NCBI GenBank assembly: GCA_034722055.1
Contig: JAYENL010000163.1
Span: forward strand, 1 to 11,410
DNA length: 11,410 bases
Direction of reading: 5' to 3'
DNA from: Armatimonadota bacterium
GTDB lineage: Bacteria > Armatimonadota > Zipacnadia > Zipacnadales > UBA5352
Position 1 is the stretch's first letter. Each line of letters starts with the position of its first letter. The notes beneath the pieces are model-generated. The model saw only the letters and a program-made list of their open reading frames with translations. It made no database searches and was not told the DNA's origin. A program made the translations under genes and the position numbers. Positions 1-7,540 of this stretch are shown here, one piece after another.

Positions 1-1
1 C

Positions 2-754
2 GTCGGGGCCGGCCCCAGCGGGTTGATGGCCGGTCGCGAGCTGGCTCGCGCCGGCGGCAAGGCCCTGATCGTGGAGCGCAACAACTACCTCGGCGGCGGC
101 TTCTGGCTGGGCGGGTACCTGATGAACAAGGTGACGGTCCGCGATCCAGCCCAGCACATTCTCGAGGAGCTGGACGTGCCGTTCGAAGAGGCGCAGGAAC
201 GGCTCTACGTGGCAGACGGGCCTCACGCGTGTTCGAAGCTGATTGCGTCGGCCTGTGACGCGGGAGTTCGCGTGCTCAACATGACCGTCCTCGAGGATCT
301 GGTGGTCCGCGAGGGGCGCGTGGGCGGCGTGGTGGTCAACTGGACGCCGGTGCAGGCGCTGCCCCGGCAGATCACCTGCGTGGACCCGGTGGCGCTGGAG
401 GCGGAGGTGGTGGTGGATGCCACCGGTCACGACGCGGTGGCCGTGTGCGCGCTGGCGCGGCGCGGCCTCGTCGAGGTGCCCGGCTGCGGCGCCATGTGGG
501 TCGAGGGGTCCGAGGACGCGGTGGTGGAGGGGACCGGCGAGGTCTATCCCGGCCTGCACGCGTGCGGGATGGCTGTGGCGAGCGTCCGCGGACTCCCGCG
601 CATGGGCCCCACCTTCGGCGCCATGCTGATCTCGGGCCGTGAGGTCGCGCGTCAGATTCTGGCGTCCGGCCCCACTGGGATGGGGGCGGGGGCCCGAGAG
701 GGCGAAGTCGAGAGCATTCCCGCCACGCAGCAGTCAGAGGCCCAGAGACGATGA
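2..754 (+). CDS. thi4: Thi4-family thiazole (ADP-thiazole) synthase, Cys-type; 5' end lies outside the window
   Basis: Frame from base 2 reads VGAGPSGL (Rossmann GxGxxG), then [33 protein letters not shown] and [14 protein letters not shown], all hallmark Thi4 motifs. The ORF-track start at 23 is an artefact of truncation. Confidence 0.95.
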   Translation, partial: VGAGPSGLMAGRELARAGGKALIVERNNYLGGGFWLGGYLMNKVTVRDPAQHILEELDVPFEEAQERLYVADGPHACSKLIASACDAGVRVLNMTVLEDLVVREGRVGGVVVNWTPVQALPRQITCVDPVALEAEVVVDATGHDAVAVCALARRGLVEVPGCGAMWVEGSEDAVVEGTGEVYPGLHACGMAVASVRGLPRMGPTFGAMLISGREVARQILASGPTGMGAGAREGEVESIPATQQSEAQRR

Positions 755-761
755 TACCGAT

Positions 762-884
762 CAGGTCGTTGCATCTCAGCCGCATGGCGATGCCCCAGCC
801 GCGGGCGCGCCGGCGCTTCCCCCTGCCGGCGCGTTCGCGGCGCGCTGCGCGTGCCGGCTGAGGCAGGCTCCGCGCGACGACCTG
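762..884 (+). other. Long interrupted GC-rich stem-loop between thi4 and the DUF39 gene
   Basis: Nested pairings 762-772/874-884 (11 bp, one G-U), 775-782/855-862 (8 bp) and 799-814/825-840 (16 bp, two G-U) around the loop GCTTCCCCCT. Confidence 0.65.
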
Positions 885-1012
885 CCACCGATGTGATGTT
901 CCCCCCTCAGTCGGTCACGCACTTCCGTTGCCCTGTTGCACCGATCGGCGCAGCGAGCGCATGCCACAGATACTGCAGCGCCCGCACGGGCGCGCGGAGG
1001 GAGTGCTGACAG

Positions 1013-2236
1013 ATGCCCAAGACATACGAGCAGATCAACGAGAGGATCAGGGCCGGGGAGGCCGTGGTGGTCACCGCCGAGGAGATGATCGACACCGTGG
1101 AGGAGAACGGTGTCGAGGCAGCGGCCGAGCAGGTGGACGTGGTCACCACAGGCACCTTCGCGCCCATGTGCTCGTCGGGTGCCTTCATCAACTTCGGCCA
1201 CGCCAATCCCCGAATCAAGGTCCAGAAGGCGTGGCTCAATGACGTGAACGCCTACGCCGGGCTGGCGGCGGTTGACCTCTACATCGGCGCCACTGAGGTG
1301 CCCGAGCACGACCCGCTCAACCGCGAGCATCCCGGCGAGTTCAGGTACGGCGGCGGCCACGTCATCGAGGACCTGGTGGCCGGCCGCGATGTGCGGCTGC
1401 GGGCGGTGGCCTACGGGACCGACTGCTACCCGCGGCGGGAGCTGGACACGTGGATCAGGCTGGATGACCTCAACGAGGCCTTTCTGTGCAATCCGCGCAA
1501 CGCCTATCAGAACTACAATGTGGCCGTGAACGCGCACGCCGACCGGCCGATCTACACCTACATGGGCGTGCTCAAGCCCGAGTTGGGCAACGCCAACTAC
1601 TGCTCGGCCGGCCAGCTCAGCCCGCTGCTGAACGATCCGCTCTACCGGACCATCGGCATCGGCACGCGGATCTTCCTGGGCGGCGCGCAGGGCTACGTGT
1701 TCTGGCAGGGCACCCAGCACAACCCGACGGTGGATCGCACCGAGGGCGGCGTACCCAGGGGCGGAGCCGGCACCCTCTCTGTCGTCGGCGACCTCAAGCA
1801 GATGAGCCAGCGGTGGATCAGGGGCGTGAGCCTCTACGGCTACGGCGTGTCGCTCAGCGTGGGCCTGGGCATCCCCATCCCGGTGCTGAACGAGGAGATC
1901 GCGCGTTTCACCGCGGTCCGGGATGAGGACATCGTGGCGCCGATCGTGGACTACAGTCGCGGCTACCCCTACAGCGAAAGCGGGCCGCTGGGCCACGTCA
2001 GCTACGCCCAGCTCAAGACCGGCGAGATCGAGATCGACGGACGGGCTGTGCCCACGGCGTCGCTGTCCAGCTACCCCAGGGCGCAGGAGATCGCTCAGAC
2101 GCTCAAGGAGTGGATCCAGGCGGGCCAGTTCCTGCTGTCGCGGCCCGCGGAGCTGCTGCCCTCGGCGGAGTCGGGCCTGACCTTCAAGTCGCTGAGGGAG
2201 CGTCCGGTCGAGGAGGAGGTGGCTGCACGTGGCTAA
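1013..2236 (+). CDS. Homocysteine biosynthesis protein / L-aspartate semialdehyde sulfurtransferase (DUF39, MA1821-like), no CBS domains
   Basis: Motifs KTYEQINERI, VDVVTTGTFAPMCSSGAF (conserved Cys, codon 1169-1171), YGGGHVIEDL, NPRNAYQNY, IYTYMG, GQLSPLLNDP, IGIGTRIFLGGAQGYV and GTQH. SD-like GGAGGGAG upstream. Confidence 0.93.
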   Translation: MPKTYEQINERIRAGEAVVVTAEEMIDTVEENGVEAAAEQVDVVTTGTFAPMCSSGAFINFGHANPRIKVQKAWLNDVNAYAGLAAVDLYIGATEVPEHDPLNREHPGEFRYGGGHVIEDLVAGRDVRLRAVAYGTDCYPRRELDTWIRLDDLNEAFLCNPRNAYQNYNVAVNAHADRPIYTYMGVLKPELGNANYCSAGQLSPLLNDPLYRTIGIGTRIFLGGAQGYVFWQGTQHNPTVDRTEGGVPRGGAGTLSVVGDLKQMSQRWIRGVSLYGYGVSLSVGLGIPIPVLNEEIARFTAVRDEDIVAPIVDYSRGYPYSESGPLGHVSYAQLKTGEIEIDGRAVPTASLSSYPRAQEIAQTLKEWIQAGQFLLSRPAELLPSAESGLTFKSLRERPVEEEVAARG

Positions 2237-2636
2237 GGCCAGAGTGGTCTTTCACTACCCCAGGGCGCTGATCGACGCGCCCATCGCCTCGCGGGTGGCG
2301 CGCGACTTCGACCTGGAGTTCAACATTCTGCGCGCGAACATCACGCCGGACTCGCAGGGCCTGCTGGTGCTGGAGCTGTCGGGCGATCCTCAGGCGCTGA
2401 GCGATGCGCTCGAGTGGGCCGGCGAGCAGGGCGTAGCGGTCCAGCCGCTGGAGCGGGATGTGGTGCGGGACGACGACCTCTGCACCCAGTGCGGGGCCTG
2501 CGTCACCATCTGCCCCACCGCCGCCCTCTCCAGGGACCCGCGCACCCAGGAGGTGGGATTCGATCCGGAGGAGTGCGTGGCGTGCGAGCTGTGCGTGCCC
2601 GCGTGCCCGCCGCACGCCATGACGGTGGCGTTCTGA
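2229..2636 (+). CDS. NIL-domain 2x[4Fe-4S] ferredoxin (MA1822-like partner of the DUF39 enzyme)
   Basis: N-terminal FNILRANI (NIL domain) followed by CTQCGACVTICP and CVACELCVPACP. GTG start overlaps the end of the DUF39 gene, with GAGGAGGAGG upstream. Confidence 0.93.
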   Translation: MAKARVVFHYPRALIDAPIASRVARDFDLEFNILRANITPDSQGLLVLELSGDPQALSDALEWAGEQGVAVQPLERDVVRDDDLCTQCGACVTICPTAALSRDPRTQEVGFDPEECVACELCVPACPPHAMTVAF

Positions 2637-2647
2637 CGGTGTCGCGT

Positions 2648-2696
2648 CCCGGCCGGCGAGCGGTCTCCCATCCCTCCCTGACGCTCTCCGGCCGGG
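2648..2696 (+). other. Intergenic hairpin with C-rich loop upstream of cysK
   Basis: CCCGGCCGG(C)GAGCG at 2648-2662 pairs with CGCTC(T)CCGGCCGGG at 2682-2696. No U-tract follows. Confidence 0.55.
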
Positions 2697-2741
2697 CTTC
2701 CCAGCCAAAGGACGAATGAGGCAAGAGGAGGCGCACCCGCC

Positions 2742-3674
2742 ATGAGCATCGCTCAGGACGTCACGGAGCTTATCGGTGACACCCCGCTGGTGGAGCTGGA
2801 ACGCCTGGCCGATCGGCTGCCGGGCCGGGTGGTGGCGAAGCTGGAGGCATTCAACCCCGGCTTCAGCGTCAAGGACCGCATCGCACTGTCGATGATCGAG
2901 GCGGCGGAGCGTACCGGCCGAATCGGCCCGAACACCATCCTGGTGGAGCCGACGTCGGGCAACACGGGCATCGGGCTGGCGGTGGTGGCCGCCGCGAAGG
3001 GCTACCCGCTGGTGCTGACGATGCCGGAGAGCATGTCCATCGAGCGCCGGCGGCTGCTGAAGGCTCTGGGCGCCGACCTGGTGCTCACCCCCGCGGAGGA
3101 GGGTATGAAGGGCGCCATCGAGCAAGCACTGGACCTGGTGGACAGCGACGACAGGTACCTGGTCCTGCAGCAGTTCGAGAATGAGGCGAACCCGGAGGTC
3201 CACCGACTCACGACCGCCCAAGAGATCTGGGACGATACCGGCGGAGCCGTGGACATCTTCGTGGCCGGCGTGGGCACTGGCGGCACCATCACGGGCGTGG
3301 CGGAGGTGCTGAAGACGCTTAAGCCCGAGGTGAAGGCGATTGCCGTCGAGCCGGCGGACTCCGCGGTGCTGTCCGGGGGCGAGCCCGGGTCGCACAACAT
3401 CCAGGGCATCGGCGCCGGCTTTGTGCCCGAGGTGCTCAACCGCGAGGTGATCGACGAGGTGATCGCCGTGGAGAGTGACGCGGCCATCAGCACGGCACGC
3501 GCGCTGGCACGAAGAGAGGGCATCCTGGCCGGGATCTCGTCCGGCGCCGCCGCCTGGGCGGCCCTGCAGGTGGCTCAGCGCAATGACAGCGAGGGCAAGC
3601 TGATCGTCACCGTGCTGCCCGACACCGGCGAGCGGTATCTCTCCACGCAGCTCTTCGCTCTCAATGACCGGTAG
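2742..3674 (+). CDS. cysK: Cysteine synthase A (O-acetylserine sulfhydrylase)
   Basis: [23 protein letters not shown] (PLP Lys), [43 protein letters not shown] and [19 protein letters not shown] at 2725-2731. Confidence 0.97.
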   Translation: MSIAQDVTELIGDTPLVELERLADRLPGRVVAKLEAFNPGFSVKDRIALSMIEAAERTGRIGPNTILVEPTSGNTGIGLAVVAAAKGYPLVLTMPESMSIERRRLLKALGADLVLTPAEEGMKGAIEQALDLVDSDDRYLVLQQFENEANPEVHRLTTAQEIWDDTGGAVDIFVAGVGTGGTITGVAEVLKTLKPEVKAIAVEPADSAVLSGGEPGSHNIQGIGAGFVPEVLNREVIDEVIAVESDAAISTARALARREGILAGISSGAAAWAALQVAQRNDSEGKLIVTVLPDTGERYLSTQLFALNDR

Positions 3675-3679
3675 CCGAA

Positions 3680-3722
3680 CGCGGGGCGACGGGTCCCGGC
3701 CGCGACGGCCCGTCGCCCTGCG
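3680..3722. terminator. Hairpin between convergent genes, candidate terminator/3'-protecting stem
   Basis: 3680-3695 pairs with 3707-3722 (16 bp including two G-U on the + strand) just after the cysK stop. It lacks a poly-U tail, so terminator function is uncertain. Confidence 0.5.
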
Positions 3723-3763
3723 GCTCGGCGCCGCCGGGGCGATCCGCTCCATCCGTCGAGGGG

Positions 3764-5167
3764 CTACGGCTCCAGGGCACTGGCCGAGTAGTCCGTGCGC
3801 TCGACCGCGGCCACAAGCTCCTGCGCGGTGACCGCTCCCTTCTCGGCGGTCACGCGAGCGGTGCTGGATTCAAGACTCACCTCCGCCCGGACAACGCCAC
3901 GCACCCCCTCAAGCGCGCCGGTGACAGTCGCCACGCACTTCTCGCAGGTCATCCCCTCGATCGTCAGTCGGAAGGTCTCCGTGTCCATGGCACTCTCCTC
4001 CTCGCGCACTGCCGCTTCGACGACTGCAAGCAGGTCCTCCTCCTCCCAGAAGGTCCCCGGCCCCATGATGAAGCTCACCTGGCGGTCCTCGCCGTTCTGA
4101 CTGATGGTCACGTTCCGCCGGCCATTGACCAGCACAGCCCCGCAGGTCAGGCCCGCCTCCTGCCAGCGCCTGAAGCCCTCGTCAGTCTGGAAGTCCACGA
4201 ACTCAGTGCTGACGGCGCCCCTGTGCTTCTGCTCAATGCGGTCCAGCAGCTGTTTGATGTGCTGGTGTGTCTCATTGTCCGGGTAGAAGGCGACCACGCT
4301 GACCTTCGCGTCTGCCACGCCGGGGGCGTCAACCGGCTCCAGCCCGTTCCCCTCCAGCAGCGCCAGGCCCCTCTCGGAGACCATGAAGGCCACGAACTCC
4401 GCCGCCAGCTCTGGCTCCGGCGCGTCTCGAAGCACGGCGACCACCGCCTCGGCGGGCCCGTAGCTGTCTCTGGGCAGCTCGAAGGCGATCTCCACCGCCT
4501 TCTGCGGGATCTTGTCCTCGCTGGTCTGCAGCGGGCAGCGCAGGTACATGAAGCCCGCCTGGGACTGTCCCTTGGCCACCATCTGGTGGGACTCGATGGC
4601 GTGATCGGTGAGGATCATGTTCGGCTGCAGCCGCTCCCACAGCTCAAGCGCGGTCAGGGCCTCGCGCGCGTAGAGGCCGGCGGAGTTGAGCGAGGGGTCG
4701 GGGCAGGAGATGGTCTCGGCCTTGAGGAGGTCGTCGGGCGCCTCGATCCCCGCCGGGTTGCCCGCCGGCACGGCGCAGACGAGCGTGAGGCGGGCGAATG
4801 AACGCCTGGAGTCCGGCTGGATCAGGCCCGCGTCCTCCAGCAGCCTCATCTGCTGCTCGCCCGGCGAGATGAAGACGTCCGCCGCCTCGCCCCTGTCGCG
4901 GATGCGCTTGGCCAGCACCACGGCATTGTCGAGAACCGTCTCGATATCGACCCCCTGGTGCTGTCGCTCGAACTCGTCGGTGACGGCCCTCAGGGGCAGG
5001 ACCATGCCACACGGCACCATGATCCTGATCGAGCGCGTGACGGGCGGCGTGCCCGCAGCAGCCGGCGTCGCCTCCACCTGGTCGGTGCCCTCTCGGCAGC
5101 CAACCGAGAGCGCCACGAGGCCGAGTAGGAGGAACGCCACCAGGTGCGCTGCCCTTCTCGCGTGCAT
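3764..5167 (-). CDS. Lipoprotein: ModA-like substrate-binding domain + thioredoxin-like domain + C-terminal HMA (CopZ-like) domain
   Basis: Lipobox LSVG|C24. ModA-fold motifs ADVFISPG, FARLTLVCAVPAGNPAGI, PDPSLNSAGLYAREAL and PELAAEFVAFMVSERG. The middle beta-alpha-beta..VLVNG segment resembles a thioredoxin fold (less certain). C-terminal LTIEGMTCEKCV..V..AL is a classic HMA motif. Confidence 0.88.
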   Translation of the reverse strand: MHARRAAHLVAFLLLGLVALSVGCREGTDQVEATPAAAGTPPVTRSIRIMVPCGMVLPLRAVTDEFERQHQGVDIETVLDNAVVLAKRIRDRGEAADVFISPGEQQMRLLEDAGLIQPDSRRSFARLTLVCAVPAGNPAGIEAPDDLLKAETISCPDPSLNSAGLYAREALTALELWERLQPNMILTDHAIESHQMVAKGQSQAGFMYLRCPLQTSEDKIPQKAVEIAFELPRDSYGPAEAVVAVLRDAPEPELAAEFVAFMVSERGLALLEGNGLEPVDAPGVADAKVSVVAFYPDNETHQHIKQLLDRIEQKHRGAVSTEFVDFQTDEGFRRWQEAGLTCGAVLVNGRRNVTISQNGEDRQVSFIMGPGTFWEEEDLLAVVEAAVREEESAMDTETFRLTIEGMTCEKCVATVTGALEGVRGVVRAEVSLESSTARVTAEKGAVTAQELVAAVERTDYSASALEP

Positions 5168-5181
5168 TGCGCCTCACCATC

Positions 5182-6306
5182 CTACAGATTCAGCATGCAC
5201 TCGCAGATGTACTCACCGATCTCGCTGGCGAACAGCCAGGCGGCGCCGGTGGTGAAGACGACCTCGCAGGCGATGAAGGCCGCCGCCTTCCGCCATCCGA
5301 CACAGCGGGCGATGATCACCGCTCCCGGCAGGCTGGCGCCGGTGCCGGTCAACAGGATCGCCATGGCTGGCCCGGTCGCCAGCCCCAGCTTCATCATGGC
5401 CTTCGCGAACACCACCTCGGACAGGACGGGGAAGTACATCAGCTCCCCGAAGAGGTCCGCGAACATCAGCGAGCGCATGGAGTTGTCCCCCACGTTGCGG
5501 TAGATCCACTTGATGTCCACGTACATCGTCGCTAAGCCAATGGCGATGACGGCGGGGATCAGCACGGGGATGACGGTTTTGAGCAGGTCCCATGTCTCCC
5601 GCCACCACCGGCGGGCGTCCTCGGACGTAAAGCCCCAGGCCATCAGCACCACCACACCGCCGGAGATGCCCACCATCCCCGCCACCTTCCAGCCCACGCC
5701 CGTCTCCACAGCGCCGAAGACTACCATGGCGGTGAGCAGGCCGAACAGGCCCCATGTCTTCAGCCCGAGGGTGTCCACATTCGTCGTCGGCCCCTCCGGC
5801 AGCTCCACCCGCCGGTCCTCCCGCCCGAACAGCACGGCCATCGTCAGCCCACTGACCACCCCCACCAACGGTACAAGGATGGCGCGCCAGAGGCCGATCT
5901 GCCAGCCGATGGCTTTGAAGACCAGGACCAGGGAGACGAGGTTGATCGCCGGCCCGGCGTAGAGGAAGGTGCTGGCAGGGCCGATGCCCGCCCCCGTCCG
6001 GTAGATGCTCACGAACAGCGGCACCACGTTGCACGAGCACAGCGATAGGACGGTCCCGGAGATGGCGGCGACGGAGTACGACACGGACCTGCGCGCGCCG
6101 CTGCCGAGGTATCTGAGGGTGACCGCCGGGGGGACGAAGGCGGCCACGGCACCGGCCAGCAGGAAGGCCGGCAGCACCGTCACCATCGCCTCGCACGTGA
6201 AGAGGCAGCACTGGAAGACATCGACGACCTCGGCAAGCGTCTCGGCAGCGCCCGTGGCTCTCTCGCTCCTTCCCGTCCTGTCCCACGACCGGCGCCCGAC
6301 CGTCAA
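5182..6306 (-). CDS. DUF318/ArsP-family predicted permease (start codon uncertain)
   Basis: Multiple hydrophobic helices with family motifs PAFLLAGA, GTVLSLCSCNVVPLFVSIYRTGAGIGPASTFLYAGPAIN and GLATGPAMAILLTGTGASLP. The N-terminal ~25 residues from TTG 6306 may not be translated. Confidence 0.88.
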   Translation of the reverse strand: MTVGRRSWDRTGRSERATGAAETLAEVVDVFQCCLFTCEAMVTVLPAFLLAGAVAAFVPPAVTLRYLGSGARRSVSYSVAAISGTVLSLCSCNVVPLFVSIYRTGAGIGPASTFLYAGPAINLVSLVLVFKAIGWQIGLWRAILVPLVGVVSGLTMAVLFGREDRRVELPEGPTTNVDTLGLKTWGLFGLLTAMVVFGAVETGVGWKVAGMVGISGGVVVLMAWGFTSEDARRWWRETWDLLKTVIPVLIPAVIAIGLATMYVDIKWIYRNVGDNSMRSLMFADLFGELMYFPVLSEVVFAKAMMKLGLATGPAMAILLTGTGASLPGAVIIARCVGWRKAAAFIACEVVFTTGAAWLFASEIGEYICECMLNL

Positions 6307-6494
6307 TCGCAGCAGTCGGGGCCGCCGGCGGCCGCTCTCATGCGACGTTTTCCGTGAAGTTACAAACGATCTCCAAGCGCCCAGGAGTTCCCACAGGGGC
6401 GGATTGCCCAGGATTGGGCTCAGACATTGCCGAAATGAAGGTCGGGCATGGCCCAGGGAGCCTTTTTCTGGCCGAGGGAACTTGGGGGCATGGG

Positions 6495-6516
6495 TTCAAT
6501 GTTATCTATCAATGAA
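6495..6516. promoter_or_regulatory. AT-rich imperfect palindrome, candidate transcription-factor operator in the divergent promoter region
   Basis: TTCAATGTTATCTATCAATGAA matches its reverse complement at 16 of 22 positions (TTCAnTGnTAnnTAnCAnTGAA) and stands out as AT-rich in a GC-rich window. Confidence 0.55.
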
Positions 6517-6629
6517 GCGAGAGTGGACGGTACCGCAGAGCTGTTGCGCCGGGGAACAGGCGCTGTAAGGCCCCAAACCGGACGCACGGCATCAGTCGCA
6601 CACAGGGCCCGCTGTTGGGAGGAGACGTC

Positions 6630-7523
6630 ATGAAAGGGCTGAAGATTGCTGCAATCCTGATGGCATTGGCCATCATCCCCGCCGTGGTAGCGGCCGTGGG
6701 ATGCGCGCGCAACGTGGGAGAGGACATCGCCCCGCCGGCTCGAGACGAGCCTGTAGAGGCCGCGCAGCGGGACCTGTATCTTGCGGTGGCATGTGGTGTG
6801 GCGGGGCCGTACGGGGAGATCAAGGAGAGGTTTGAGCAGGCGCACCCTGAGGTGACACTGCACCAGGAGATCGGCAACATCGTGACCATGGCCGAGCGCC
6901 TGCGCGACGGCCGGGCCAGCGCCGACATGTTCATGAGCGTCGGCAGCGTGGCGCTGGGCGAGCTGCATGAGGAGGGCCTGCTGCTGGAGCCGCCCATGGA
7001 CTTCGCGGAGGACCGCCTGGTGGTGCTCGTTCCCGAGGGCAATCCGAAGGACATCGAGGAGCTTGAGGACCTGGCCGACGATGGCGTGGAGACGGTGGCG
7101 GTGGCCGCGAGCAAGTCCACGCCGGGGCACTTCGCGGAGATGGCCCTGCGCCGGGCCGGACTGTGGGAGCCGCTCCAGGACCGTCTCGTCCGCCCTGACA
7201 AGCCCGCCATGCTCAAGGGCTTCGTCTCTGAGGGCAAGGCCGACGCGGCGGTCATGCTGCTCACCTGCGCCACGAAGGAGGCGGAGATGGGCGAGGAGCC
7301 CGCCGAGGGCGTCCCCGGAACGGAGATCGCGCTTGAGGTGCCGCACAAGTACTACGACCGGCTCGTCTGTCAGATCGGCATCCTCAGGAACGCGTCCGAT
7401 CCGGAGCTGGCGCGGGAGTTCGCGGAGTTCGTCACCACCGATGAGCCGCAGCGGATCCTGTCGCGGTGGGATTTCGCGCCCTGCGAGAGGGCCGGCGAAG
7501 GGGATGCGTCAGCCGAAACGTGA
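6630..7523 (+). CDS. ModA-like substrate-binding lipoprotein with non-canonical (Cys) binding-site motifs
   Basis: ATG 6630 follows GGAGGAG. Lipobox AAVG|C25. Motifs ADMFMS, FAEDRLVVLVPEGNPKDI..LEDL, TPGHFAEMALRRAGLWE, VSEGKADAA and PELAREFAEFV. Confidence 0.88.
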   Translation: MKGLKIAAILMALAIIPAVVAAVGCARNVGEDIAPPARDEPVEAAQRDLYLAVACGVAGPYGEIKERFEQAHPEVTLHQEIGNIVTMAERLRDGRASADMFMSVGSVALGELHEEGLLLEPPMDFAEDRLVVLVPEGNPKDIEELEDLADDGVETVAVAASKSTPGHFAEMALRRAGLWEPLQDRLVRPDKPAMLKGFVSEGKADAAVMLLTCATKEAEMGEEPAEGVPGTEIALEVPHKYYDRLVCQIGILRNASDPELAREFAEFVTTDEPQRILSRWDFAPCERAGEGDASAET

Positions 7524-7540
7524 TGAAGCGAGGGAGCAGC

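Noticed and set aside
752..884. Selenocysteine read-through of the thi4 TGA, using the downstream hairpin as a SECIS
   Set aside because: The Thi4 domain is already complete, the TGA lies in a low-complexity tail rather than a Cys-equivalent position, and the read-through peptide resembles nothing recognisable.
755..1012. SAM-I or TPP riboswitch upstream of the homocysteine synthesis gene
   Set aside because: Could not find the SAM-I core (ATC..GAG..GA..GG..GCAACC..GTGC) or a complete TPP core (GCTGAGA plus ACCTG..GTAATGC..GGGA). Only fragments such as GCTGAG and ACCTG occur.
2634..2696. Sec read-through at the ferredoxin TGA followed by a hairpin
   Set aside because: The ferredoxin ends naturally after the second cluster motif, and read-through hits another stop after 14 codons with no motif.
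776..3752. Long minus-strand ORFs (776-1996, 2184-3752)
   Set aside because: Antisense shadows of well-supported genes, typical of high-GC DNA, with no family motifs.
6320..6333. Perfect palindrome GGCCGCCGGCGGCC and nearby GCCCAGG repeats
   Set aside because: Short and GC-only or low information, expected by chance at this GC content.
6346..6370. ModE box controlling the ModA-like genes
   Set aside because: Only the outer CGTT/AACGAT resemble the ModE consensus; the TATAT cores are absent.
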